Part shown: in pieces, positions 28,024-38,396 of the stretch
Layout: each line of letters opens with the position of its first letter
Numbering within the stretch: position 1 is the first letter of the stretch
NCBI GenBank assembly: GCA_050014495.1
Contig: JBEKDF010000019.1
Location: 1 to 52,091 of the forward strand
Length of the DNA: 52,091 nucleotides
Source: Candidatus Bathyarchaeia archaeon
GTDB taxonomy: Archaea > Thermoproteota > Bathyarchaeia > TCS64
Direction of reading: 5' to 3'
Made by a program: the position numbers and the translations under genes
The notes under the pieces: model-generated
Database searches by the model: none
Seen by the model: only the letters and a program-made list of their open reading frames with translations
What the model was told of the DNA's origin: nothing

Positions 28024-29370
28024 ATGCTTAAAACAGTTGAAGCGTTATTTGTTGTAGTATTGGTTTTTACTACGCTTGTCGCGATGGAGAGCTATATTCA
28101 GCTTCCTTCTCCCAGACTCGCATCAAGTATCGGTCAACAGGAATTAGCGACAACCACACTAAAGAGTCTAGATAACGATGGGACCCTAACGCAAGCGGTT
28201 TTTAGCAGTGATCAGCGTCAATGGGCGGAGCTTCTAAAATCAATTGACAACAATCTCCCATCTAACACGATCTATAAACTAACCTCCTACCAAATTATAA
28301 TCAACCAAACAACCGGCATCCTCGATTATGTTCAAGACAAGACGGGTGGAAACTTTAACGGTGTGTTTCCTTCCGGTTCAATAACCTCAGAGTATACTGT
28401 GACCTCCCCAAATGTTACTGTAACCCAGATTCCGGAAAAGATCAGAACGAAGAATGGACCCGTAACTCTTTACATACTAAATTGCAATGATGCTAATGGA
28501 TGGTGGATAACGGGGTACACAGGTTATACTTTAGCCAAGAGTGTCTATCAGACTATGTCCCCATACTTCACAACCACAATATTAGTGAACTCCACGTCTC
28601 AGCTTGGTTCATTACTTTCTGGAACCAAGCTCACCACTAACCCTAATGAGCGGATCCAGGACGCAGTTGTGGTTAATACGTTTGGTGAGTCCGTTCCCAT
28701 CCCTCAAAATTTGACCGCTAATTATCAACAATATCCCTATACCATAGGTAAAAGAGTCACTGCCTCAAATTGGACGTGGGTAAGCATCGTCGGATATCCT
28801 TTTTACTACGATTCGAATAAAGTCACATTTTCCTCATACGATAATTCTTGGGGCATACACGGTATGCGAATGATCGCTGCACAAGGTCTAAACTATTTCC
28901 TCCAAGGAATTGACTCCTCCTATCATTCTTCACCTGTGGAGAATGATACCTGGATTACTGACTCGATCGGAGTTGTCTCCTATACCGAACAGATTCGTGC
29001 GGCCATGGATTATTACGGAATATACCCTGGATTAACGCAGACTTCAACACGTGCCGTACCGTTTACTGACATCAGTCGATATCATATGGTTTTACCTATC
29101 GACTCTCAAGGTAATGCATACTCAAATATTTTCAACCCCATCACATCGGGTGGCAAGCAGTACTATGCTGGAGCAATCTGGGCTCATAGGATTGGCGGAG
29201 TAACCAATGGAGCGTTTATGGCTATGGGATTGGATAGAACTCCTGACATCAGGGTCACATTGATCGGCCTCCTCAATTACTATAAACCCACTCTACTGAG
29301 GTCACAGTTCGACGTCGTTGGGACGACTAGAATGATTGAGCTGCAGATAGGTCAATTAGGAGCAAGCTAA
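28024..29370 (+). CDS. Minor pilin-like protein
   Basis: MLKTVEALFVVVLV N-terminal helix with Glu; coupled to neighbours with 1-3 nt gaps. Confidence 0.7.
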   Translation: MLKTVEALFVVVLVFTTLVAMESYIQLPSPRLASSIGQQELATTTLKSLDNDGTLTQAVFSSDQRQWAELLKSIDNNLPSNTIYKLTSYQIIINQTTGILDYVQDKTGGNFNGVFPSGSITSEYTVTSPNVTVTQIPEKIRTKNGPVTLYILNCNDANGWWITGYTGYTLAKSVYQTMSPYFTTTILVNSTSQLGSLLSGTKLTTNPNERIQDAVVVNTFGESVPIPQNLTANYQQYPYTIGKRVTASNWTWVSIVGYPFYYDSNKVTFSSYDNSWGIHGMRMIAAQGLNYFLQGIDSSYHSSPVENDTWITDSIGVVSYTEQIRAAMDYYGIYPGLTQTSTRAVPFTDISRYHMVLPIDSQGNAYSNIFNPITSGGKQYYAGAIWAHRIGGVTNGAFMAMGLDRTPDIRVTLIGLLNYYKPTLLRSQFDVVGTTRMIELQIGQLGAS

Positions 29371-29371
29371 T

Positions 29372-31330
29372 ATGAAGATCAGAGCTCGCCGCGGGCAATT
29401 CCAAATTATGGCCGCTTTTCTAGTCCTCGTGATAATGGTAAGTGCAATAATTGCCGCGTTCAATAGAATTCAGGACAATCCATTTAAGACCCCTGTCACA
29501 TTGGCTGATTCAATTAAAACTGTAGATAATTCACTTCACGAACTACTAGGTTTCTCTGTTGGTTACTATGGATCAATAATTAAACTCACGGGCAATGTCA
29601 CCTACGCCAAAGAGAAAACGACATCTTATTTCCAAAGCGGACTTGAGACTGTAGCACATCAAGACATTAACAGCGGAGTGTCTCTCTCGCTTCAACAAAT
29701 CTCCGTCTCCACAAACTGGTTTGAGAAGCAGGGATATACAAAGGGAAGTCTAATCGTTAATTACTCTATTCCAACTCTAGGACTTTACGGGATCAAGTAC
29801 AGCGGATCAGCGTCTCTAACTGTGAGTATTCTACAAACAACAGGTACCACCTGTAATGTACAAGTTCTAGGAGATAATAACGAACCAAACTTATCCCTAA
29901 CAAAAGATGATTTTCAATTCTTCAAATACGACAGCTCTCAGAATGCTTGGATCTACATCAACCCCACTTATGATCCAATAATCTCAAACTTTGGAATATA
30001 CTCAATCACGTTGCCCTCTGGGATAAATCAGGACGCCTATTATCTACAGGTCACTGACCAGAGGGGTATCGTTGCTTCAAGTGGTTACGTCAGGGGTATT
30101 GGTGGAAACAACAAGGATCTGACCTCATATACCTATAATTTCACTTGGAATCCCGCACTGTACAATTCCCTCAATGAACCGAAGATGGAGATAGAGCTAC
30201 TTCAGAATGGTACGATGCGTTGGCTGGGGCAAAGCCTTCCCTTCAGTGGTACTCCGAGGCCTATAGCACCTATACCCGTGAAGGGTATTCACCTCAACCA
30301 GACTATTGACGGCGTCAACCAGGAGGTGCCCTTCCAGATCGAGAACTGGGGTTCAAACTATAGAGTTCCATATGGAATGACAAGTAATTCGACTATATTC
30401 GATGATAACTGTATGATCGTGTTCCTAGTCAACCATCACGTGTCGAAGGTGACTCTTTGGTGGGATGGATCGGACACAGCTGTCCAGACAAAAAATGCAT
30501 ACAAAGATACAGCTTTCCTTAACGACAACACTGGGAACAACGTCCTTGACAACGGAGTCATAACCCTAGATCTTTCTAACTTTGCTAATGGTGTTAAATC
30601 GACTACGAAATCTAACCCATTATTAAGTTCATGGATTAACTTTGCGAGGGTAAATAGCGTGGTGCCGACGTATGGTTCGGCTGTTTCATATACACTAATA
30701 CATGGGGTTGTAAGAGACGTCGTAATACAGGAACCTGAGTGGAGCGGAGGTGTTCCAAACTCCCCAGATCTTTATGGCCACATCGTTATCACACTTCCCG
30801 CTGGAACAGATTATTACACCTACAGGGTGAGAAATATCTTCGTTTCAACCTCTCTGACCAGAAGCATAAGCGACTTGAGCGTTATTCAGTTGAAGGCACC
30901 GACTGGAAGCTATAGTCAACTGACTGAGGACGGTCAGAATAGCGGTTCACCCATAAAGAGTTCAAGTGCTCTCTTCGCTAACGGACTGACAGCCTACCAA
31001 CATCAATGGAGTGAGTACATAGACTCGTCTAATAGAGGAGTAGGACTATTCATGCGTTCCAATTTCAACGATCTTATTTATGCATTTGATAATGTTATTG
31101 GGCAGCACACAGGCTCGATTTCCCTAAATCCTTCACAAATGAATATAGAAATTGACCCCATCAAGCGCTTCGCTGTGACTGGATTTTCACAAAGCCTTGA
31201 TGTAACATGGGTGGGTGGAGTAGTCAACTTTAATTCAGGCAGCCCAGCTGACTCAATTTACCCAAACTCCAGTGGAACCCTGGGTCTTTGGGTACTTGTT
31301 GAATCTCCACCAACTGTCACTCCGAATTAG
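29372..31330 (+). CDS. Minor pilin-like protein with class III signal peptide
   Basis: RARRG|QFQIMAAFLVLVIM. Confidence 0.78.
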   Translation: MKIRARRGQFQIMAAFLVLVIMVSAIIAAFNRIQDNPFKTPVTLADSIKTVDNSLHELLGFSVGYYGSIIKLTGNVTYAKEKTTSYFQSGLETVAHQDINSGVSLSLQQISVSTNWFEKQGYTKGSLIVNYSIPTLGLYGIKYSGSASLTVSILQTTGTTCNVQVLGDNNEPNLSLTKDDFQFFKYDSSQNAWIYINPTYDPIISNFGIYSITLPSGINQDAYYLQVTDQRGIVASSGYVRGIGGNNKDLTSYTYNFTWNPALYNSLNEPKMEIELLQNGTMRWLGQSLPFSGTPRPIAPIPVKGIHLNQTIDGVNQEVPFQIENWGSNYRVPYGMTSNSTIFDDNCMIVFLVNHHVSKVTLWWDGSDTAVQTKNAYKDTAFLNDNTGNNVLDNGVITLDLSNFANGVKSTTKSNPLLSSWINFARVNSVVPTYGSAVSYTLIHGVVRDVVIQEPEWSGGVPNSPDLYGHIVITLPAGTDYYTYRVRNIFVSTSLTRSISDLSVIQLKAPTGSYSQLTEDGQNSGSPIKSSSALFANGLTAYQHQWSEYIDSSNRGVGLFMRSNFNDLIYAFDNVIGQHTGSISLNPSQMNIEIDPIKRFAVTGFSQSLDVTWVGGVVNFNSGSPADSIYPNSSGTLGLWVLVESPPTVTPN

Positions 31331-31535
31331 TAAAATACAATTCGCAAACTAAAGCGGCGCGTGTGCATTACCCTGCAACTTAGTAAATATCCAAACAATG
31401 TCCAACTAATAATTTTTCGAGTCTAAATAATAGCCAATACAGTATTTTTTAATTTCGAATACTTACGATCCTTAACCATATTAATTTCATCAAACAAGAA
31501 AAAACAGATTTTTAAAAAAAATCTTTACGTGTAAA

Positions 31536-32180
31536 CTAAGCTGGGTTGAAAATATAATAGCTGATGTTAAAAACTATATGAAAAATTGAAGGTATGGAGA
31601 TATTCTTTTGAATAATGTAGATACCTCCCACGGCCCAACCGAATATCATTCTAATTAGAATTAACGCTAAAAGCATAAAACCGATGTTTCCGCTAATAAT
31701 AAGTGAAATTGTGTCGGAATGAACTAGAGCAAAAGCGAGAGAGGTCAAGAGGAGTGGTTGAGTAGCCCTTATTACAAAAGATCGTCTATCCTCCCTCGGT
31801 ATTGAGTAAAATTTTGGCCAGTCATTTATCATAGATCCGAGGAGGTAGCATCGGAAAAAAAGTTCCTCAATTATTGGGAGCAAAATTGAACCTCCGAATA
31901 GTATTGTAGCTGTTCCGAAATTATTCTTAAAGTATAAAAACACAATTGAAAATACTAAAGCGTATATTAAAAATTGAAAGTTTTTTAAATGTAGATCAAG
32001 TCTATCGCGTAAAGACCTCTTTTCCGCCCATTTTATCCATATAATTGAGGTCGCTGTCATGTAAGTTGATAGTATGCCTACTTTGAATAACGTATCCTGA
32101 TTATAGATGCTGAAAAAAACTTGAATACTAAACAAACCAACCCAGGAGAATAATTTTAATATAGTTTTATTTGATTTCAT
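31536..32180 (-). CDS. CPBP (CAAX protease/Abi-like) intramembrane protease
   Basis: PIIEELFFR, FALVH and HIVFN motifs; multiple TMs. Confidence 0.88.
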   Translation of the reverse strand: MKSNKTILKLFSWVGLFSIQVFFSIYNQDTLFKVGILSTYMTATSIIWIKWAEKRSLRDRLDLHLKNFQFLIYALVFSIVFLYFKNNFGTATILFGGSILLPIIEELFFRCYLLGSMINDWPKFYSIPREDRRSFVIRATQPLLLTSLAFALVHSDTISLIISGNIGFMLLALILIRMIFGWAVGGIYIIQKNISIPSIFHIVFNISYYIFNPA

Positions 32181-32389
32181 TTATTAACATCCTTTAACAA
32201 CAATAATATATGGGAGGTTTCATCTTCATTCTTTGTATGAATGGCAATTATGGGATTTCATATGTTAGAACCTTTTTAAGGTAATGTAGAATAAATATGG
32301 ATTACTAATACTATATTAGTGATATTGATGGATAATCTAAAAACTATATATGCATAATGACGTGAACATGTAGTTCGGAGAAAAATAAA

Positions 32390-32836
32390 ATGCAACTCCT
32401 TAAGATAGAAAAGAGGAAAGGAATCAGCCCACTAATCGCCACCCTGTTGCTAATAGCGATCGCAGTCGCTGCATCTGTACTAACCTACTCATGGGTCATG
32501 TCCATGATCACTAGCCAGTCCGCACAGGCACAGACCCAAGTACGCATAGATTCAGTTACATGGGCCAGTGGTTCTCAATTTTCACTCGATGTTAGGAACA
32601 CCGGAAGCGTTGATGCCACAATTGAATCAGTGTCGATCAGGACCAATTCCGCTGGCAGTACAGCAACTGTTGACAGCACAAGTGCAGGTGTTAAATTAAT
32701 AAGTATTGGACAAGGAACACACCTACCTATTGGGCCAGTCAGTTACACTTATGGTAAAAGCCAGTCTTACGTCATAAGAGTGACCACTAACACCGGATTC
32801 TACTACGAAGCAGTCTTCACGTCCCCTGCATCTTAA
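32390..32836 (+). CDS. Major archaeal type IV pilin
   Basis: KRKG|ISPLIATLLLIAIAVAASVLTYSW; VRNTGS; 148 aa. Confidence 0.92.
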   Translation: MQLLKIEKRKGISPLIATLLLIAIAVAASVLTYSWVMSMITSQSAQAQTQVRIDSVTWASGSQFSLDVRNTGSVDATIESVSIRTNSAGSTATVDSTSAGVKLISIGQGTHLPIGPVSYTYGKSQSYVIRVTTNTGFYYEAVFTSPAS

Positions 32837-32837
32837 A

Positions 32838-32873
32838 CACCCTTTTTCCTGGTGAAATATTCCCCCTTTTTTT
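32838..32873 (+). terminator. Oligo-T tracts between pilin and ATPase
   Basis: CACCCTTTTT (32838-32847) and T7 (32867-32873). Confidence 0.5.
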
Positions 32874-32932
32874 AAGGTAATCGCAGAGTCTAGTGAGAAT
32901 GTCCTGACAAAAAATAGAGATGAAGTGAATCA

Positions 32933-34600
32933 ATGAGAGACACACAACTTCTTATTAACAAAGAAAAAGAACATCAGAAGGATATGCCCGCAAAAGAGGT
33001 TAAAGAAGTGCAGAAGGCCTTCGAGGAGGATCTTCAGAAACTCCTAAAGGAGGAAGCTGCGAAATCCCCCAGCAACGCGATGGGGTTCACCCCTGTTCGT
33101 GCATTCATTCCCGATCGTACTCCTCTGAAGAATATCTATCCCATAATAGATGGGAAAGCGTATGCGGTCATATCAACAAATCATACAACAAGACAGACAA
33201 AATACGAAGCAGTTGAACCCACACTAAATGATGAAGATAAGAAGGCTCTAAAACTCGTCAGAGATCACTTCACGGCAACCATCGACACAACCCTAACGGA
33301 GGTGGGTGGCTTGGACGCTGCCTTAGGCTCTTTGAAGAAAGGGCTCGATGAAGCCGTCTCACTACATAAACTGAATCTTGAAGAGTTCAGGAAAGAGAAG
33401 CTGATGTACTACCTCGCCAGAGACTACCTAGACTATGATAAGATCGACATCATGATGAAGGATCCCTACATAGAGGACATCAGCTGCAACGGGCCCAATG
33501 TGCCCCTGTACATTTGGCACAGGGTCTATGAGTCAATCCCCACAAACATCGTATTTGATAACGATAGTGAGCTTGACTCCTACATAATCAGGCTCGCATA
33601 CAAATCAAAGAGGATGATCAGTGTAGCTAATCCCATTCTAGACGCTGCGCTACCTGATGGCAGCAGAGCCCAAATGACTTACAGTAAATACGCCACCAAG
33701 CAGGGCAGCACCTTCACGATCAGAAAGTTCAAAGCCGATCCACTGACTATAATTGACCTGATCAAGAACCACACAATCTCGGCGAAGATGGCCGGATTAT
33801 TCTGGTACCTCGTTGAGAACAAGATCAGCATATTCTGTTGTGGCGGCGTTGCATCTGGTAAAACAACGATGCTGAATGGCTTATCCACCTTCATCGCTCC
33901 TGATGCGAAGATTATCACAATCGAGGACACTCCTGAGGTTCAACTCTACCACGAAAACTGGATTAGGGCAGTAACTAGACCAAGCACGGGCTCATCCGTC
34001 GGTATCACACTATTTGACCTACTCAAGGCGGCTATGCGTCAGCGCCCCGACTACATCCTAGTGGGTGAGATCCGTGGAGAAGAAGCATACACACTATTCC
34101 AGGCAATGTCCACTGGCCACTTGGGTCTAGCCACTCTTCACGCTGAATCGACTCAATCAGCCCTCAGGAGGCTTGAGACCGAGCCAATGAACATCCCACG
34201 CATGATGATCGCTGGGTTAAACATGGTAGTCATCATGGCGAGACGTGATGTTAATGGAAGACCCGGACGACGCATCCTCACCGCTGCTGAGGTCCAAGGA
34301 CTCAGCGATGATAACGAGATCATAGTGAAGGACATCTTCGACTGGGACCCCAAGACCGACACATGGAATATGCCTAACCAGAGCTTCTACCTCAAGAAAG
34401 CCGCAATTATGAAGGGAATCACATTGGAACAGGCCCAGTCTGACATCGATGCGAGGGCCGAGATGCTGACGTATCTAGTGAATCATAACAAGAGGGGCTT
34501 CAAAGAGGTTACCCAGGTTATCCGAGACTACATGAGTACCCCTGAGAGCGCAAGAGAGGCCCTGATGAAGGAGGATGAGGCAGAAGTTGAAGCCAATTAA
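32933..34600 (+). CDS. Type IV pilus assembly ATPase (ArlI/TadA/VirB11-like)
   Basis: DPYIEDISC, Walker A GGVASGKTT, TIEDTPE, RQRPDYILVGEIRG, TGH...TLHA. Confidence 0.95.
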   Translation: MRDTQLLINKEKEHQKDMPAKEVKEVQKAFEEDLQKLLKEEAAKSPSNAMGFTPVRAFIPDRTPLKNIYPIIDGKAYAVISTNHTTRQTKYEAVEPTLNDEDKKALKLVRDHFTATIDTTLTEVGGLDAALGSLKKGLDEAVSLHKLNLEEFRKEKLMYYLARDYLDYDKIDIMMKDPYIEDISCNGPNVPLYIWHRVYESIPTNIVFDNDSELDSYIIRLAYKSKRMISVANPILDAALPDGSRAQMTYSKYATKQGSTFTIRKFKADPLTIIDLIKNHTISAKMAGLFWYLVENKISIFCCGGVASGKTTMLNGLSTFIAPDAKIITIEDTPEVQLYHENWIRAVTRPSTGSSVGITLFDLLKAAMRQRPDYILVGEIRGEEAYTLFQAMSTGHLGLATLHAESTQSALRRLETEPMNIPRMMIAGLNMVVIMARRDVNGRPGRRILTAAEVQGLSDDNEIIVKDIFDWDPKTDTWNMPNQSFYLKKAAIMKGITLEQAQSDIDARAEMLTYLVNHNKRGFKEVTQVIRDYMSTPESAREALMKEDEAEVEAN

Positions 34601-35474
34601 CTTCCATAGCATAGGTTACAGGTTCCTCGGGGATGCTCCTTCTAGACTCCCGCTGAGTGACTTTATTAAAACTAACCTAGATCGGGCAAGCATCAGGATG
34701 AGCTACGTCGTCTACATGAGCAGTATGGCTTTCTGGATGATAGTCAGTGCTGCTTTAACTGGCCTCATAGCCATTCCAATTGTTTACTTCCTCGGGCCAA
34801 TGCTGAAACTTCCTACATACTTCCTCTACGTGGCTCTAGCATCACCACTGATAGCTGCAGCGGTTGTTCTCATTTGCTTCATCTATTATCCATTCTCCGT
34901 GGCTGATGCAAAAAAGATGAAACTCGACAAGAACATGGTCTACATCATTAACTACATGAGTGTCTTGGCCGGCGCGGGGATCATGACGGAGGATGTATTC
35001 CAGTCCTTCGCGACTCTCAAAGACACCTATGGAATCAGAGACAGCGCCAGGTCGATAGTTCGAGACATCGGCTTACTGGGAAAAGACATCATCTCAGCTA
35101 TCGAAGCAGAGGCGAAGAGAACTCCCTCTAAGAAGTATTCAAAGCTGCTTAATGGTCTTCTCGGAATCACGAAGTCGGGAGGCGACTTCAAGAAGTACCT
35201 CGAGGAGACTGCGAAGCACGAGCAGGAGGTAAGACGTCGAGAATTGGTAGATATAGTGAATAAACTGAATATGTGCGCGGAGATCTACATCACACTTGGG
35301 ATTACATTTCCAATCATCCTCATCGTCCTGCTATCTCTCATGGGTATCTTCGGAGGAAGCATAGGCGGAGGATTTAGCCCTGTTCAACTCATGGAACTAA
35401 TGACTTACGCGATCTTTCCGGTAGCCGCGATCGGAATTATATTGTTAATAGACGGGATGACCCAGAATTGGTGA
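34575..35474 (+). CDS. T2SS-F/TadC-like membrane platform protein
   Basis: TM helices, LGKDIISAI, RTPS, SGGD; overlaps the ATPase gene. Confidence 0.88.
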   Translation: MRQKLKPINFHSIGYRFLGDAPSRLPLSDFIKTNLDRASIRMSYVVYMSSMAFWMIVSAALTGLIAIPIVYFLGPMLKLPTYFLYVALASPLIAAAVVLICFIYYPFSVADAKKMKLDKNMVYIINYMSVLAGAGIMTEDVFQSFATLKDTYGIRDSARSIVRDIGLLGKDIISAIEAEAKRTPSKKYSKLLNGLLGITKSGGDFKKYLEETAKHEQEVRRRELVDIVNKLNMCAEIYITLGITFPIILIVLLSLMGIFGGSIGGGFSPVQLMELMTYAIFPVAAIGIILLIDGMTQNW

Positions 35475-36322
35475 GCATACCACTTAATAGCGAAATCATA
35501 TTCAACAAGAAGTTGAAATACGCACTAATGGGCGCTTCAGTAGTAGCTGCAATAGGCGTAGTATTATTCGGCTACAGTCTCTATCTAGCCAACACAATCA
35601 GTCTATACGATGCCCACATCTTCGTGGCAGCTGGGGTAATCGTTGGAATGATTGCACCGGCTTTCATTATGATTCTTCAGGATATTAGAAGGAATGAGAT
35701 TGATAAGGCGTTACCTCGAGTCCTCGAGGAGATATCTGAAGGTCTAATGTCCGGCATGACACTAATAGAGGCCATTGAGGAGGCTTCCAGACGGGATTAT
35801 GGATGGATCAGCAGAGAGCTTAAGATCCTCACTAGCCAGATGAGCTGGGGCGTTCCAATCGAGAAAGCATTCGACAACTTCGCGACTAGAATAGGCACAG
35901 ATATGGCTCAGAAGACGACGTCTCTTCTACTCTCGTCAATCGAACTCGGAGGAGACCTCAGAACAACCTTCCTATCCACAGCCGATTTCCTGAGGCAGAT
36001 GTTGGAGGCAAGAGATGACAGGAACGAGGAGATGCGGCCATATCTAACCATCATCTATGTGACCCTGATCGTCTTCCTGGCCATGATGATTATGCTTTAT
36101 GGTAGCCTAAATCAGCTCCTCAGCATCCAGAGTCCAATCGTCAAAGTCCAGATGACGAAGGAGCAGCTGAAGATCTTACTATACGACTTAGCCATAATGG
36201 AAGCCGCATTCGGTGGACTCATCGCTGCAAAGCTTAGCTCTGGGAGTATCTGGCCTGGGCTTAAGCACAGCATCATCATGTTAGCGATGAACACCATTAT
36301 ATTCCTACTATTCATCTCGTAG
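35468..36322 (+). CDS. Second T2SS-F/TadB/C-like membrane platform protein
   Basis: IDKALPRVL...SGMTL...WGVP...GGDL...GLKH. Confidence 0.88.
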   Translation: MVSIPLNSEIIFNKKLKYALMGASVVAAIGVVLFGYSLYLANTISLYDAHIFVAAGVIVGMIAPAFIMILQDIRRNEIDKALPRVLEEISEGLMSGMTLIEAIEEASRRDYGWISRELKILTSQMSWGVPIEKAFDNFATRIGTDMAQKTTSLLLSSIELGGDLRTTFLSTADFLRQMLEARDDRNEEMRPYLTIIYVTLIVFLAMMIMLYGSLNQLLSIQSPIVKVQMTKEQLKILLYDLAIMEAAFGGLIAAKLSSGSIWPGLKHSIIMLAMNTIIFLLFIS

Positions 36323-36484
36323 CAACTTTTTTTAATACAGTCATAAGGCAATTGGTCCTCATTCACAATGATTTGGTTGAAATTTACTTCAAGTAAATGT
36401 ATGCATCAAGTTCAAAAAATAAGAGGCATAACGTCAACTACGGAGCAAAAATAGACGATTGGAAGCCTGCTCGCGCACGCGTTA

Positions 36485-36979
36485 TTAGATTGAACTAATC
36501 TTTCTAATGTCCTCTGCCAGAATGGATGGATTTCGAACTCGACTCATCCTAATTTCTCTTCCACCCTCACCCCAGATTCTTATGAATATCTCGCCAGAGC
36601 CTAAGATTTTTCCGATGATAGACTGCATCACCACGATATCTGGGGAACTTGAGGGAGACACCGTAAACGACCTTTTCTTAAAGATTCCTGTCGTCATTTC
36701 AAGACCATTCCTCCGCAGCACATATTGACTCGATGATCTAACGAGAATAAGATGGAATGCGTTGATTAGCCATATGGACAGGAGACCTAAACCTGTCAAC
36801 GTAATGAATTGTTCGCCCAATATTGAGATATACGTGACTCCAAAAATTAATTCAACAAAAAGACTTATGATGAAGACGATAAAAGCCATTATTGTCTCCT
36901 CTAGGAGACTCGGAATTATCCACGGTCGACTCGTCCAAATTACCTCATCGTCGTTACCGTTCCCCTTAACAAGCATCAT
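36485..36979 (-). CDS. Membrane protein with bacterial PH (bPH_2) domain
   Basis: EVIWTSRP, two TMs, QSIIGKILGSGEI, VRNP. Confidence 0.78.
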   Translation of the reverse strand: MMLVKGNGNDDEVIWTSRPWIIPSLLEETIMAFIVFIISLFVELIFGVTYISILGEQFITLTGLGLLSIWLINAFHLILVRSSSQYVLRRNGLEMTTGIFKKRSFTVSPSSSPDIVVMQSIIGKILGSGEIFIRIWGEGGREIRMSRVRNPSILAEDIRKISSI

Positions 36980-37044
36980 TACTTCAGTTTTTATATCCCC
37001 TTATAAATCAAGTATAAATCTTAGAAAACATCAATCGAGTTTAC

Positions 37045-38396
37045 GATCAGTTCCCCAGAAAGCCCACGGTTTTAACCGTGGGATGAATGGGGAGTGAAAG
37101 TGGTGAAACTGGCTATTATATATAAAGCTTCTACATTGACTCCTGTAGTCCCATCCCGAAACATTCGGTTAAGAAACAAGTAGAGGCGTGGAAGGGTCAA
37201 TTGAATCTCTCATACAAGTACCGCATAGACCCATCAGCTTCGCAGGCTCGGATACTTGAGGAACAGCTGAACCTGTGCCGATTCACCTACAACACGCTTC
37301 TGAGACACTGCTACGACGAGAGGAGAGCCGGGAGAGGAACACCCACACACGAGTCCCTGACCTACCTACTGCCAGCAATGAAGGTTGAGACACCTGAGCT
37401 GGGAAGGGTGTTCAGCCAGGTCCTGCAGAACATCGCCAAAAGAGTGAGGCTGGGCTTCGAAGGCTACTGGGCCAGGCGGAGGGCTGGGCTGAAGGCGAAC
37501 GTCCCGCACTTCAGGCGGGTGAGGGACTACAACAGCTTGACGTATCCTCAGTTCGGGTTCAAGCTGGACGAGTCAACCCTGAGGCTCTCAAGGATCGGTG
37601 AGTTAAGAATACGGCTGCATCGACCGGTTGAGGGAAAGATTAAGACTCTGACGATCAGTCGTAGTCCATCCGGGAAGTGGTACGCAGTCTTCGCATCTAC
37701 GGTTGAGGCTAGGCCGATACCCGGTAGGGAGAAGGCGGTCGGCGTGGACCTCGGGTTAAACAGCCTTGTGGCCTTATCTGATGGGACTCTAATCGAGGCT
37801 CCGAGGAGCTATCGGGAGTCGGAGGCTAAGTTGAGGAAGCTGCATCGCCGCGTCAGCAGACGATGTATGGGTTCCAACAATAGGGGGAGGGCTAGGCTTC
37901 AGTTGGCGGCTCAGTATGAGAGGGTGTCTAACCAGAGGAGGGACTTCGCGTATAAGGCTGCGAGGAGCATCGTGAACAGGTATGAGAGGATAGTTGTTGA
38001 GGACCTGAAGATCGAATATATGAGGCGGAACAGGCATCTGTCGAAGAGTATCGGTGACGCTGGGTGGGGATTGTTGGGGGACGCCTTGACCTACATGGCG
38101 CATCTGTCAGAGGGTGTGATGGCGTCTGTTGATCCCCGGTACACCAGTCAGTTATGCTCGGGATGCGGTAAGCTGGTTCCTAAAGACATAGCTGAGAGGG
38201 TTCACAGATGCCCCCACAGTGGGCTTGTGTTGGATCGTGACGTGAACGCTGCTAGGGTCATACTCCGTAAGGGGATAGGCATGGTGCGTGCCGAATCTAC
38301 GCCTGTTGGAGAGGTGGCCTCCACCCAGCTCAGCGATGTTGGGCGAGTCGCCTCGGTGAATCAGGAAGCCCACCTCTTTAGAGGTGGGTAGCTCAC
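37045..38396 (+). mobile_element. tnpB-only IS200/IS605-family element (IS1341-type)
   Basis: Left hairpin CCCACGGTTTTAACCGTGGG preceded by AAAG, with TTAC at 37041-37044. Right hairpin CCCACCTCTTTAGAGGTGGG preceded by GAAG, element ending TCAC at 38396. No tnpA. Confidence 0.88.
37201..38391 (+). CDS. tnpB: RNA-guided endonuclease TnpB
   Basis: YKYRIDP HTH, GVDLGL (RuvC-I), VVEDL (RuvC-II), TSQLCSGCG...CPHS, DRDVNAA (RuvC-III). Confidence 0.95.
   Translation: MNLSYKYRIDPSASQARILEEQLNLCRFTYNTLLRHCYDERRAGRGTPTHESLTYLLPAMKVETPELGRVFSQVLQNIAKRVRLGFEGYWARRRAGLKANVPHFRRVRDYNSLTYPQFGFKLDESTLRLSRIGELRIRLHRPVEGKIKTLTISRSPSGKWYAVFASTVEARPIPGREKAVGVDLGLNSLVALSDGTLIEAPRSYRESEAKLRKLHRRVSRRCMGSNNRGRARLQLAAQYERVSNQRRDFAYKAARSIVNRYERIVVEDLKIEYMRRNRHLSKSIGDAGWGLLGDALTYMAHLSEGVMASVDPRYTSQLCSGCGKLVPKDIAERVHRCPHSGLVLDRDVNAARVILRKGIGMVRAESTPVGEVASTQLSDVGRVASVNQEAHLFRGG

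Noticed and set aside
32390..36322. Archaellum operon
   Set aside because: No arlF/G/H or chemotaxis genes; two separate TadC-like genes and a short pilin fit a pilus.
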